The notes under the pieces: model-generated
What the model saw: only the letters and a program-made list of their open reading frames with translations
What the model was told of the DNA's origin: nothing
The model's database searches: none
In this document: in pieces, positions 12,271-23,751 of the stretch
Numbering within the stretch: position 1 is the first letter of the stretch
Layout: every line of letters begins with the position of its first letter
Assembly (NCBI GenBank): GCA_043228905.1
Contig: JBHGNT010000010.1
Span: 22,072,001-22,136,000 of the forward strand
Source: Azolla caroliniana
Lineage: Eukaryota > Plantae > Polypodiophyta
Length of the DNA: 64,000 bases
Reading direction: 5' to 3'
Program-made: the position numbers and the translations under genes

Positions 12271-12550
12271 TTAAGAAGGTAATATAGATCACATGCATAG
12301 ATAGAGATTGTTCAAGATAATGTTGTTTAGCTTTTATTTTTTGTCACTTTTTCTTATGATGAGATGGCCAAAACACAAACATTGGCCTCTGTGCTACAAT
12401 TAAAACATCATCATTGTAGTAGTCAATAAAAGTTGAATCATGTTTGCAAATCTTATTGAGATCGAAACTGTCATGTCACCAATTCATATTTTCTTGTAGG
12501 TCTACTGCAAAGGATGGTCTAGAATTCAAAGATTGGACATGGTGCCCAGT
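12268..12550 (+). pseudogene. Fragment of a DSBA-gene paralog (end of exon 3, intron 3, start of exon 4)
   Basis: Aligns to 44518-44795 including the intron, e.g. TCATTAAGAAGGTA..ACATGCATAGATAGAGATTGTTCAAGATAATG and AGGATGGTCT..AATTCAAAGATTGGA. Confidence 0.85.
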
Positions 12551-12602
12551 ATCCTTTTTAATTCATCTTTATGTAAAACATTGTCATCATGTTACTTGGA
12601 AG

Positions 12603-13378
12603 TAGCAATGGGCTTGGTTTCAGCTCATACCGAACCGAACCGAAAAACTGTGACTTAACGGTTTATAGGTTTAAAGATAAATAAACGGTTTGGTATGGTT
12701 TCAAATGTTACTAATCAATTTCAGTTCGGTTTGGTTTTGAATTTACTAGTTTATCAATTTCTGTTTATGTGGTTCGGTTTAAAGGTTTAAAGGTTTATTG
12801 GTTAAAAAATACTCAAAAATATTCTCTATAGGCTTTAACTTTTAACTTTTAATTTTAAACTCTTGTTTTAATTTATTAAATTTTATATGTATTATATGTA
12901 GAGTCACCTTTTCATTTATGATAATCAATTATGATAAGTATGATGATCAAATTTATAATAAGTATAATGATCAAATTTATGATAAGTATGATGACCAAAT
13001 ATATGATAAGTATGATGACCAAATTTATGATAAGTATGATGACCAAATTTATGATAAGTATAATGACAATTTTTATGATGAGTATGATGAATAAATTCAT
13101 GATGATTTTCTCACACAAATTTATAATAAGTATAATGATTAATATCAATAAAAAATGGTTTGGTTTGGGTTGGTTTTGATTTATGATCAATCGGTTTGGT
13201 TTGGTTTTAAATTTTTCGTGAACAGTTTGGTTTTAAATGGTTTGGTTTCTCTCCTATTCTTTAAACGGTTCGGTTTAAATGGCTTCATAAAAATTAAAAC
13301 AGTTTGGTTCGGTTTTTATTATTAATAAATTGTTTGGTTTGGTTTAAAGGCCAAGAAACCGAATCGGGCCCATTGCTA
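12603..13378. mobile_element. Non-autonomous hAT DNA transposon
   Basis: TIR TAGCAATGGGC / GCCCATTGCTA. 8-bp TSD CTTGGAAG at 12595-12602 and 13379-13386. Many subterminal AACCG/CGGTT motifs. Confidence 0.9.
12915..13145. repeat. 24-bp minisatellite (ATGATAAGTATGATGACCAAATTT)n inside the hAT element
   Basis: About 8-9 imperfect tandem units are visible. Confidence 0.9.
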
Positions 13379-14549
13379 CTTGGAAGTCAATGTGCTTATT
13401 ATGTCTGGATAAGGAAAGAGGGGACCCCCTTGCATTATCTAGCCATCTCCACTTTCTAGTTATTCTTTTCTGTAGTTTTGACGAAATGGTGGTTCCCATG
13501 CTGAAAATTAACCTTGAGAAAGAACTTTACGCCAAGGAACTTCCAAATATGGATTAAATTTGATTCGTTGCATTCTATTTGTCAAAATTCTCTATACTTG
13601 ACAGATGTCATGGTAGTGATTTTGGTGTATTCAAGTGGCAATTGAGGAGCCAAGCTTTAAAGAGATGAAAGTCAAATAGATTGTTTTTGGGTATTCTAGA
13701 ATAAAGTTCTTTATTCGTCTTTCACAGTATTATGTGTTAAATTCCTACTTCTTGCATTTTCTTTTAGATGGGATTGTATTAAGAAGAGATATTTGCACTT
13801 GTAATATAACCCCTCAATGAAACGAAATGAATCGCTCCTACTGATGTGTGAGTCAAATTCACATGATCTCTCCATGAATGTAGTTTTGAATGGGCGAAAC
13901 TGAATAATATGTTATACACCCCATGCAAAACCGCAGATAGAAAAGGGCTACGCCAAATTTGTTAGGGAAAACATTGGAAGGTTGTTTCTTGATATTTCGC
14001 GACTTCCCAGTTTATGGTTTTGGGATGTAAAGACACTCTTTCTCTATCTAGCATTTGATCATTTTTATTTCTCAAGCAATAGTAGATATTGCTTTGGTTT
14101 TGTCACAATTGCACTTCAGAAAATGTTCATATGCTACAGATAGGCTGTTTTTCCTTCTCCGCTCTTGACCTAAGGTGGGTCGATCGTTGTTACAAATATC
14201 CTGTGTTGTCTAGGGTGAGAAAAGATTACTTTTTAAGACCATGAATCATGACTTTAATCTCCACATGGAGAAATGGGAAATACTAATTTGGCCACATATA
14301 CATATACAATTCCCATTTCCCCATGTGACAATTTGAGGTATATCGTATGTATACATGGATACTTCAGCCTTACACACGTGACATATACATAGATTTTAAT
14401 TTAGATATATCATATAATATAATGTGTGCGTGTGTTGTGTAAAAGAAATGAGTCAATCGATTTGTTGACAAATCATATAAACAAACCCTGTTACTATTAC
14501 TACTAGGAGCTCATACAAACCTCTGTCATTTCCCTTATTCCTTCTCAAT

Positions 14550-15330
14550 TTGTTCATCCTTGTTTCCGTGCTTAATTGTTGTATGTATTTTCGAGACAAG
14601 ATCTCAATATGGTTCCTCTATGCACTCTTGTTTCTGGAGGTCTTCGTGGGTTGGCAAACGTTTGTGAGTGGGTTCAGTTTGATAGCTCACTACATAGTCA
14701 AAATGGATACTTATCCCCTCCATAACTCGCCCTTCATGGCTTCTTCTTTGTTTGACTTCCGGTGCAAAAGATGGAATGTTTTTGTTATCACATTGCTTCG
14801 ATCCTTGGTACTATGATCCCATATTGTTGTTCCTATGTAGCCTATTGTCTAAGAAAGAGGTTGTACTTGCAAAAGAGGAGGAGAGGATGGAAGCAGAAAG
14901 TGGTGCATTTCGCGAATTTAAGAATGAAAGTGTAAATATAGAAAAGCAAGTGTGAAAAGAACCTCCTCCAATAAAATCCCTAATACTGCCATTGATTTAG
15001 TACCTAATCACTGGCAAATATGAAACCGACCCCCTTTAGCTACCAGAGCCATTGCAACGTTCGCTACTTTTGTTGTCTCAGGCTTGATGCATGAAGCCAT
15101 ATTTTGTTGTATGACACAATCACATGCCACATGGAAAGCTACCGCTTTCTTCATCCTCCATGGAGTTGCTACCGTTCTTGAACTCGCCCTCCGACATCTT
15201 TCAAATTTCCCCGATTTCTCTCTATTGGTTTTATGTTAAGGTTCTTCTACATGACATTTATTTGGCTCTTTTTTCCTCCCGTACATCGAAGTGGAATCGA
15301 GCTAATAATCAATTCGGAGTTCTATGAAGC
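14550..15330 (+). pseudogene. MBOAT long-chain-alcohol O-acyltransferase (wax synthase/ASAT-like) pseudogene fragment
   Basis: HNSPFMASSLFDFRCKRWNVFV..YDPI and RAIATFATFVVSGLMHEAIF..ATWKATAFFILHGVATVLE match the family's PYLxTSLxDFWGRRWN and FxVSGLMHE..FFxLHG motifs. Frameshift near 14810; the N-terminus was not found. Confidence 0.78.
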
Positions 15331-18300
15331 CCATGCATTCCTTGTAAGCATTCTATGAAGCCCAAGCATTCATGCGAAGAGCTCCCTAAGTGAGCTTTTG
15401 TGATTTCGATGTAAACTTCATCATTTTCCTGTCATATGTGGGCTGAGACCATGCAGATCCATCTGGAGTAATGACACATTGATGTGATGCTCATTTGCCT
15501 ACATTTTTTTAAAGTTCGATTTTAGGTTTCACATGAAACTTTGGTCTCAACAATGGAGTTCTGACATTTGAAAATTGACACTCGAATTTGTCAAAAACCT
15601 TGTAAACGATTACTTGCGGAAGCGTTAGAAAATAGAGAAAGCAAGGAATACACAGATTATACGGGAGAGACAGAGAGAGCAGAACCTCAAAGCTATATTC
15701 AAAAATATATAAAAACACTCTGTACTTACAACTATGCTCAGTAGCATTATTTATACAAGTCCTCATGGGACTAACAGAAGTACCGCGTACTTCAATGCTC
15801 ACACGAGCATCTGACACTTACTACGAGACTATAATTGCCTAGTAGTCTACACTAGTACCAGGCTTCCGGTTACTGATTGGATCCGGCAAACCGGCTCCCC
15901 AGCTCACCGGCTTTGTTGCTTGCCGGCTCGGTTGCTCACAGCTTACCGATCCGTCTCGCTTGTCGGCTCAGGCTTATTCAACCGATCCGGCTCCAGTTGA
16001 GCTTGCCACTCAACACTCCCCCTCAAGCTCAACTTGAGGTTGGATCTTAGTGTCAGTCTCTGTGGCAGTCGGTTCTTCCAACCGACTTCTCCTGGCGTCG
16101 GTTCACCTTGCTCGCGCTCCTTGTCCGGTCCAGTCCCGTTTGTCACGACCCTTCTGGTTCTGCACGCCTCGACCTTCTTGGTCGGCATGTCTGCTCAATA
16201 GGCCCCTCTCAGCTCCTTTGCTGCTATGACTCTAGCGCTTGCCGATCCGTCGGTTCCTCCGCGAAGGCATCGACTTCCGCTGCATCCGTGTCTGCTTGGC
16301 CTTGAATTGATCCGGTTCTTCCGAATTTGTCTTTTGAACCGAATCGACTGTCTCCAATTCATTCCAACTCTTGTCCGAATCGGTTGCTCCTGATTCGTCT
16401 TCTGGTTCCAAGCCCATTACCACATTAGACCATGTCCGGGTCTTGGCCTTCTTCCTTCGGTCGGCTCTGTCCTTCTTGACTCTGCCGCCTTCTTTTCTTC
16501 CCTCACCAGCGCAATCGGCAGTCTCTTTGCCTTTGCCCATTCCGGTGTCTCTGTCCGTTCTCCCCCTCAAGTGTGGCACGTCAAGATGTTGAACGCCAAG
16601 CATGTCGGTAAAGTGCTGCAACTTGTCCAATCCAAGCGGCTTGGTGAAGATATCGGCAACTTGCCGATCCGTGTGAACATACCGTAGTTCAACCTCACCG
16701 CTCAGGACCCGCTCACGCACAAAGTGATAGTGCACTTGTATGTGTTTCGTGCGAGCATGGAACACAGGGTTCTTGGCGAGCTGCATGTTGCTGATGTTAT
16801 CACAATAAATCTGGATCAGGGTTGGTACCTCAATCCACAAGTCTCACAGCAGTCGCCGAAGCCAAATGGCTTCGCAGGTTGCAAAGGTCGCGCCCCGGTA
16901 TTCAGCCTTAGTGCTTGATAGAGCCACTGTTGGCTACTTTTTGCTGCTACATGCAACAACTGCGCTCCCAAGGGAAAACATAAAACCAGAGGTTGATCGG
17001 CGATCTAATGCATCTCCGGCCCAGTCGGCATCTGTGTAACCGACCAGCTCTTCGGGTATACCATGCCGGTATAACAAGCCCCGGTCCTTTGTGTCGCTTA
17101 CATATCGCAGTTTCCATTGCGCACACTGAAGCTGCTCCACGGTCGGCTTCTACATGAATTGACTTATCATTCCGACCGGATAGCTGAGGTCGGGTCACGT
17201 GATAGTCAAGGAAATAAGGTTTCCGACAATTTGTCGGAACCGTTTCTCATTGCAGGCCGGTCCAGAGTTGGGACGAAACTTCTGGTTCCGGTCCAAGGGT
17301 GTGGAGATAGGTCGACATTCTGTCATGCCAACTTGTACAGCATATTCAAGATGTAATGTCGTTGTGAGAGTAATATGCCGTCAGGGGTTCAGATCACCTC
17401 GATCCCTAGAAAATAATGAAGGTCCCCAAGGTCCTTCATCTCAAATACATCCGACAACAGGGACTTGACGCGGGTGATTTCTGGAACACCCGGTCCGGTG
17501 ATGACTAGATCATCAACATATAGCAGGATAATACCGACCAGTTGAGCCTTGTCGGATGAACAACGAAGAGTCCGATTTTGAGGCCACAAACCCCATCTTA
17601 CGCAACCAGTGCGTGCTCTTCGCATTACAAGCTCGAGGAGCTTGCTTCAGGCCGTACAACAACTTCTTCAGCCAGCATACCGCCGACTTGTTCATCTCCG
17701 ATTCAAAGACGGGGGGCTGAGTCATAAAGACTTCTTCTTCAAGATCACCCTGAAGAAACGCATTCTTCACATCCATCTGGTGAAGATGCCACCCCCTTGC
17801 TGCAGCAACCGCCAGCACCACACGAACCGTCGTCATCTTCGCTATCGGAGCGAAGGTCTCGTCATAGTCGATTCCATGGGTCTGCGCATATCGCTTCGCC
17901 ACTAACCAGGCTTTATACCGATTAACAGAACCGTCGGCGTTGTACTTTACCTTGTATATCCACTTGCATCCGATCGGTTTACAATGACGAGGAGGGTCAA
18001 CTAGGTCCCATGTCTAGTTGACATCAAGTGCCCGCATTTCTTCTTCCATAGCGGCACGCCAATTTGCGTCCTTGGCCGCTTCTGCCTAGCTCTCCAACTC
18101 ACGCACTTCTGCCACCTTAGTCATGTATGCATAGTGATGCGCCATGTATTCATTGTACCCGTACCACTGGACGGGATCCTTCTGGCGGGTGGACCGACGT
18201 AACTCACTGTTACCCGGTTTGAGGCCCTTCTTGGCCGGTTCGGTCTTCGTTGCCAAAGATCCGCCTTTCTCCTTGCCGGAGTCGGATGCACACCGATCTG

Positions 18301-20679
18301 ACTCATCGTTGCCGGTTTCAAATTCCGGCATCTTCTTCTTCCCCTTCTCTTCGCGCGTGAACCGTCGCCTCGGTTCCTTGCGCGGGGAGTGCACGGCAAA
18401 GTCTCCACTACTCGCCGGTTCCTCATCGGACTGGTCCGATTGACTCAGTCTCTCATTTGGTTCGCTCAACCGGAACGATTCCAGACTCTCATCCTGATTC
18501 CACACTTCATCATCCTCTACTTGGGCCGGTTCAGGCTCACTAGCCTCATCCACCGGCACCGGGAATGATTCGAAAGTCGGAGCCGGTAAGGAGTACCACG
18601 ATGCCGATTCATCGAACTCGACATCTCGACTAACTCGGACCTACTTTGTCCAGGGGTGATAACATTTATAACCCTTCTACTCTTGAGCATAGCCGATTAG
18701 GATGCATTTTTCCGATTTTTCATACAGCTTCCTCCGCTTCTCTTCCGGTACATGCACATATGCAATGCTACTGAAGATCTTCAGGTGTCTCAAATTCGGC
18801 TTGCATACGAAATATAGCTCGTGAGCTGACACCTTCTCACCGATCCGGTTCTGGATGTAGACAACTGTTTGGACTGCCTCCGCCCAGTAGAATTTGGGCA
18901 TGCTCTTCTCCTCCAGCATTGATCTTGCCGCATCAATAAGCGACCGGTTCTTCCTTTCGGCAACACCTTTCTGTTGCGGTGTGTATCTGCAGTTGAACTC
19001 TCATCGAATTCCCTTTTGCTGCAGATAATTGTTGATTTGGCCGGAAAAGTACTCTTTTCCGCCATCCGACCGCAAGCATTTGATCTTCCTCTCCGATTCC
19101 CGTTCCACCATGCTTTGGAGACTCTGGAAACACTCGAAGACTTCACTCTTCCGCTCAATGAGGTAGATCCATGTGTGCCGCGTATAGTTGTCGATGAAGG
19201 AGACGAAATATCGACTCCCACCAAGACTAACATTCTGTGCCGGTCCCCACACATCCGAATGGATAAGGTCGAGCTTGTTACGGCTCCGGTTACATTCGGT
19301 GGGGAATGGAAGCCGGTGTTGCTTCCCGAGTTGGCAGGCTTCACATACTTGGGCCTTCCGGCCGCTAAACTTCTACAAACCGAAAACAACTTGTTTCATT
19401 TGCAGGTCTTGAAGCCTCTGGTAATTGGTGTGGCCTATCCGCTTGTGCCACAGGTCAATGTCCGATTCGACCTTCTGTCCTTTTGCAAACAGAGCGGTGC
19501 CGACGTCATTGGTGTCGAGGATAAACATCCTCTCGTCTCTACGCCCTTGCGCAATAATCTGGCCCTCTTCCTTGATGAAGCACCTGAGGTGCGTAAACCG
19601 CACCTACATCCCTTGGTCGACGATCTGTCCGACCAACACCAGGTTCTTCGTGATCGTCGGAACGTGTAATACGTTCATCAGCTTCCCCTTCTGTTCGACG
19701 TGGCTCAAAGGGACTTCTCCGGCGTGCACAATTGGGTGAGGAGTGTCGTCTCCGATTTCGACTACTCCTGGTTGATCCGGCTTCTCCAAAAAGGAGAACC
19801 ACTCTTTGTGGTTCGTCATGTGGTTCAACGCACCGGAATCAACATACCGCACTTCCTCCAATTTGGAAGTGGTCTTCTTCATCGAGTTCGCCTCGTGCTT
19901 CATCACCAAGGTTAGCCCGTTATCGTTCTTGGATCCTCCCGATCCCATCGCGTAGTGCAAGCTTTGCCAGCCATCCTTGCCGGCCATGCCAAATCCGGAT
20001 TTGTCCAAATCGGCGCGTTGTCGTGACGAAAACCGTCCCCAGGCGCAAACCGTGTATAATGTGTGTGAACTGGCCCTTACACGTGGGCACGTCCCTTGTC
20101 GTAAAGTAGATAGGTAGGCACAAAGGGGTAGATCCTAGGTAGCAATATTCTATAGGGAGAATCGAGGAGTATCTCTGTCCGAAAGGACAGAGAATTAATG
20201 TGATGTAAAACGGGCAAGACGAGGGAGAGAAGACATCGCGCACTAGAGGGGACGAAGTGCTGTCGGACTGGGACCGAGCTCTTCTCCTCTGACGTTCTCC
20301 ATAAGCTTTCTTTGCGCAGGTTCTCGAGAGGCTGATTCTGCTCCGTGGAACGCCCGTGTGCTTCCGGCAGAATCTCCATCTTGCTCCCCTGTGTGCGTGG
20401 GTGATCAGGCGTCGACACCCGTCTCGCCGACCTGATTGGCTGTAACCGCTCGAGTCATCTGCATAGATATATTTATATACGCGTTCTTATACTCTATCTC
20501 CTGCCCAACTTGTGTCTCTTGTGTTGATTGGGCTGCGTTCCCGCGCGCTTCTTTTGTCTATTCGTGTGTGAGCGTGTCTCTCTCTCCCTCTCTCTCTCTT
20601 TTCCCCACTTATTCCTCGGTCCAAGACCCCAGTGGTCCCGCCTTGTTCTCCACGCACGCGCGTAATAACGCGACATATT

Positions 20680-20697
20680 TTGTGAACCCGACGTGAA
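20680..20697 (+). promoter_or_regulatory. Primer-binding site complementary to tRNA-Trp
   Basis: TTGTGAACCCGACGTGAA versus TGGTGAACCCGACGTGAA, the reverse complement of the plant tRNA-Trp 3' end (recalled sequence). One mismatch; 4 nt after the LTR. Confidence 0.8.
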
Positions 20698-20718
20698 CAG
20701 GCGGCAGAGGAGTAAAAG

Positions 20719-22845
20719 ATGAGGGGGTCGGACCTTGCAGAAGCCATGGCTTCGGCTGTAGACCGTATAGTGAGTGCGCGCGAAGGCATTGGCGCCCTTG
20801 ATAGGGTTATCGAGGCGGTTGTCGGTACGATCGGCCGATTTAGTGGAAAGGATGCCACGAGCTACTTGGCGTCCTACCGGGCTGAGATGGTAATGAGGGA
20901 CATTCCGGAAGAGAGGCGTCTAGCCGGGTTCCCTCGAGTGGCGATGTCGGGTATCCATACGAAGGTGCTCGAGGTACGGGCCAAGAGCCGGACCTGGGAG
21001 GAGTTCGAAGGTCGGCTCCTCGAAAGATACGGGCTTGAAGATGCGCTTCGACTTTCGAAGCGGGACTTCATGGAGTGGGTGGAGACCCCCAACAAAGGAA
21101 GGAACGCGTCAGTGCTCCTTCGGGAGTTTGAGGAACGCTTCGCGCGCCTCTCGGTGCTTGACCGGACCGTTCTGGACACAAGCTGTGTCCTATTGTTTGT
21201 TAAGTCGGTTGGCGAGCGGGATCGGGAGCAGGTAGACCTCCTATTGGAGACTGATGACGGGCTGACGACCGACTGGGCCGTAGTGAAAAGGGTATGTGGC
21301 CGTTTTGACAAACGGCGGGAATGGGCTGACAATGGATCGACAGGGGCGGGCTCTGTCGTAGCAAGGAAGCTCGAGCCAACACCACCAACGCGAAGGGGAG
21401 AGACCCGAGATTGGCTCGAGACCGGGTCGGCTTCAACCGGCATGGTCAACGGCTCGTCCGGGGGAGCAGCTCTGGAGGAGCTGACGCGGATGGTAAAGGA
21501 TCTCCAGATCGCCCAGGCACGGAGGGATACTGGCGAACAGGCCCGTGACCGACGACCTCTGGCTGAAAACAGGTGCATGTGGTGTGACGCAGTTGGGCAC
21601 ATCCGGATGGACTCCGGGGACTTCGCCGAGGCGATGAGAAGCAACATGGTGTATCTGTGGAATAGTTGGGTGCACGCCAGCAAGACCCGAAGGGCCCTGA
21701 ACCTGAACGTCGGGAAAGGGGGAATGAAAAGGCTGATGGAGGAGGCGGCGGCTCGTCATGCGGAGACCGTCCACTACTCGGCGTCAGCTGGTATTCGGGT
21801 TGGAGGTGGCGAGGCCCTGAAAACAAACAAAGCCGGGTTCTGGCCAACGATGCTAGAAGGCCTCGCCGACACACGGCTGAGGAAAGAAAAGGTGGACCGC
21901 GCGCAAAAACGGGTCCGGGAGGTAACCGGGTGGAGTGACCTGGTGGAAGAAAAGACGGGCTTCGTCGAAGCCGCTTGTCAAAACTACGAGGCCCTGGTGG
22001 AGGACAAGCGAGTAGGGAAAACCGGAGGGGCCGGGCCCTCGCAGCGATATGAAACTCAATTCGGGCAAAGACAGAATGAGGCCGGTATAACCGGCGCCCA
22101 GGATAATCCCAAGAGGGGCGGGTACCGGCTAGGCACAGAAATCGAAAGATCCACGGACCTGCGAAAGGTCTTGGAAGAACGAATCCTCGACAGCAAGGTG
22201 GAACTATCGCTGAGGGAAGTGCTCGGGATCGCCAAGAAGGAGTTCCACAACTCCATCGTAGACTTGGTGAAGAGAAAGAGGCTGTCGACGGAGACAGAAC
22301 CGGAGAAGCCAGTGGAGGTGCAGACGACGCACATAGAGGACACGGCGCTGGAAGACGAGTTGGCGGAGAGCCACTATTCGAGGCCGCACTGGGCCAGAGC
22401 GACCACGGAGACCCCCGTGAAGATCAAAGATGTTCATGAACCGGTGGTGGGGTTGGTGGACCACGGTTCAGAAATCAATTTGATGTCCATGGACTTCTAT
22501 AGGAAGGGGAAATGGCCGATCAACACCAAGTATGGGTGGAAGATACGGGCAGCGACGCGTGCCACCGAAGAACTGCATGGAGCCTACCCGAATGTACGAG
22601 TAAAGATCAGCAATGTCGAGATTGACCAGCACTTCTTCGTGCAGGAGACGTCCTCACATCCGGTTATACTAGGAGAACCGTACATCATGGCAGCACGGAT
22701 GGAGACCAAGGTGTTGGACAACGGCTCGGCCTATGCAAAGGTCAAGAGCCAGGATGGGCGTCACTCGGTCCAGTTCCTAACAGTGAGACCAAACCATGAG
22801 AGGAACCGCAAGACCCTCGGGGGCGAAAGTCGGGAGGATTTTTGA
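20719..22845 (+). CDS. Gypsy C Gag-protease polyprotein (708 aa)
   Basis: Open ORF with degenerate knuckle CMWCDAVGHIRMDS and aspartic protease motifs LVDHGSEIN..VILGEPY. Confidence 0.88.
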   Translation: MRGSDLAEAMASAVDRIVSAREGIGALDRVIEAVVGTIGRFSGKDATSYLASYRAEMVMRDIPEERRLAGFPRVAMSGIHTKVLEVRAKSRTWEEFEGRLLERYGLEDALRLSKRDFMEWVETPNKGRNASVLLREFEERFARLSVLDRTVLDTSCVLLFVKSVGERDREQVDLLLETDDGLTTDWAVVKRVCGRFDKRREWADNGSTGAGSVVARKLEPTPPTRRGETRDWLETGSASTGMVNGSSGGAALEELTRMVKDLQIAQARRDTGEQARDRRPLAENRCMWCDAVGHIRMDSGDFAEAMRSNMVYLWNSWVHASKTRRALNLNVGKGGMKRLMEEAAARHAETVHYSASAGIRVGGGEALKTNKAGFWPTMLEGLADTRLRKEKVDRAQKRVREVTGWSDLVEEKTGFVEAACQNYEALVEDKRVGKTGGAGPSQRYETQFGQRQNEAGITGAQDNPKRGGYRLGTEIERSTDLRKVLEERILDSKVELSLREVLGIAKKEFHNSIVDLVKRKRLSTETEPEKPVEVQTTHIEDTALEDELAESHYSRPHWARATTETPVKIKDVHEPVVGLVDHGSEINLMSMDFYRKGKWPINTKYGWKIRAATRATEELHGAYPNVRVKISNVEIDQHFFVQETSSHPVILGEPYIMAARMETKVLDNGSAYAKVKSQDGRHSVQFLTVRPNHERNRKTLGGESREDF

Positions 22846-22902
22846 AGAGGGCTATCAAGGTGTGGGGCCGCGATAGTCCGGACACTCCGGGAAAACCCCA
22901 CA
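22836..22902 (+). promoter_or_regulatory. Putative -1 ribosomal frameshift signal (slippery heptamer plus H-type pseudoknot)
   Basis: G_GAT_TTT at 22836-22842 immediately before the TGA stop, a 6-nt spacer, stem 1 GGGCTATC/GATAGTCC and stem 2 TGTGGGG/CCCCACA. Pol lies in the -1 frame. Confidence 0.72.
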
Positions 22903-23448
22903 AGTGTATGATAGCAAGGAAGACCTGTGCTATAAGTAGGGAATTTTGGTTCTCCAACAACGGAGGGTGTACGATAGTCGACGTCGTTGGCCGGAAGAAG
23001 AGAAGGGCAGAGGAGCGACTTCGAGCATGTGGCGTCCTCGACCTCGGAGAGGAAATCAACGGAGTCGTGGAGGCGGTCTCTTTCGACGATACCTTGGGAG
23101 AGCTGTAGGAGGTAGTCAGCAGAGTCCTTCAAGAGGACCGGACGATTCCGGTATGTTCGGAAAGGATGTACGAAGTCATCGCGGACTTCAGTAGAGGGCT
23201 CGAGTCGGGTCGGACGGCCCGGGTGGACACAAGGTACAAGACTGTCGACCGGAAGGTGAGGCCATTCGCGGTTCCCTTGCCGGAGGGCAGCGAGTTGCAA
23301 ATAAAGGGGGTTGCGTCGGACCCGAGTTTACGAAATCCGGCCCGCATAGGACACACGTTCACCGATATAACGCTACGCGAGCTCAAAATCGGTGGGGGTG
23401 GCTTCCTACTACTGGCGGAAGAGGACCGTTTTCGGGGAATGCTCGGAA

Positions 23449-23712
23449 TGTTGAAAAACAGTGCTCGGCCACAACCGAGGAATAGGATCAACTCTCAGAA
23501 AACGGGAAATACAAAGTGCACGGGGACAATAGAGAGAAAGGTACACTGGATATTTTACGTGGAAAACCCTAAATGGGAAAAACCACGGGAGTCCTCAAAC
23601 TCCAACTATCACTATGAACAGGGATGTACACTGGTGAAGCTACAAGGCAACAACCTTGAGCTCACTGTCTTCGCCACAGGCGGCGGTAATACACAGAGGC
23701 AACGACCTCTTC

Positions 23713-23751
<39 letters not shown>

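Noticed and set aside
12912-13190. Ile/Met-rich ORFs on both strands
   Set aside because: Translation artefacts of the 24-bp minisatellite.
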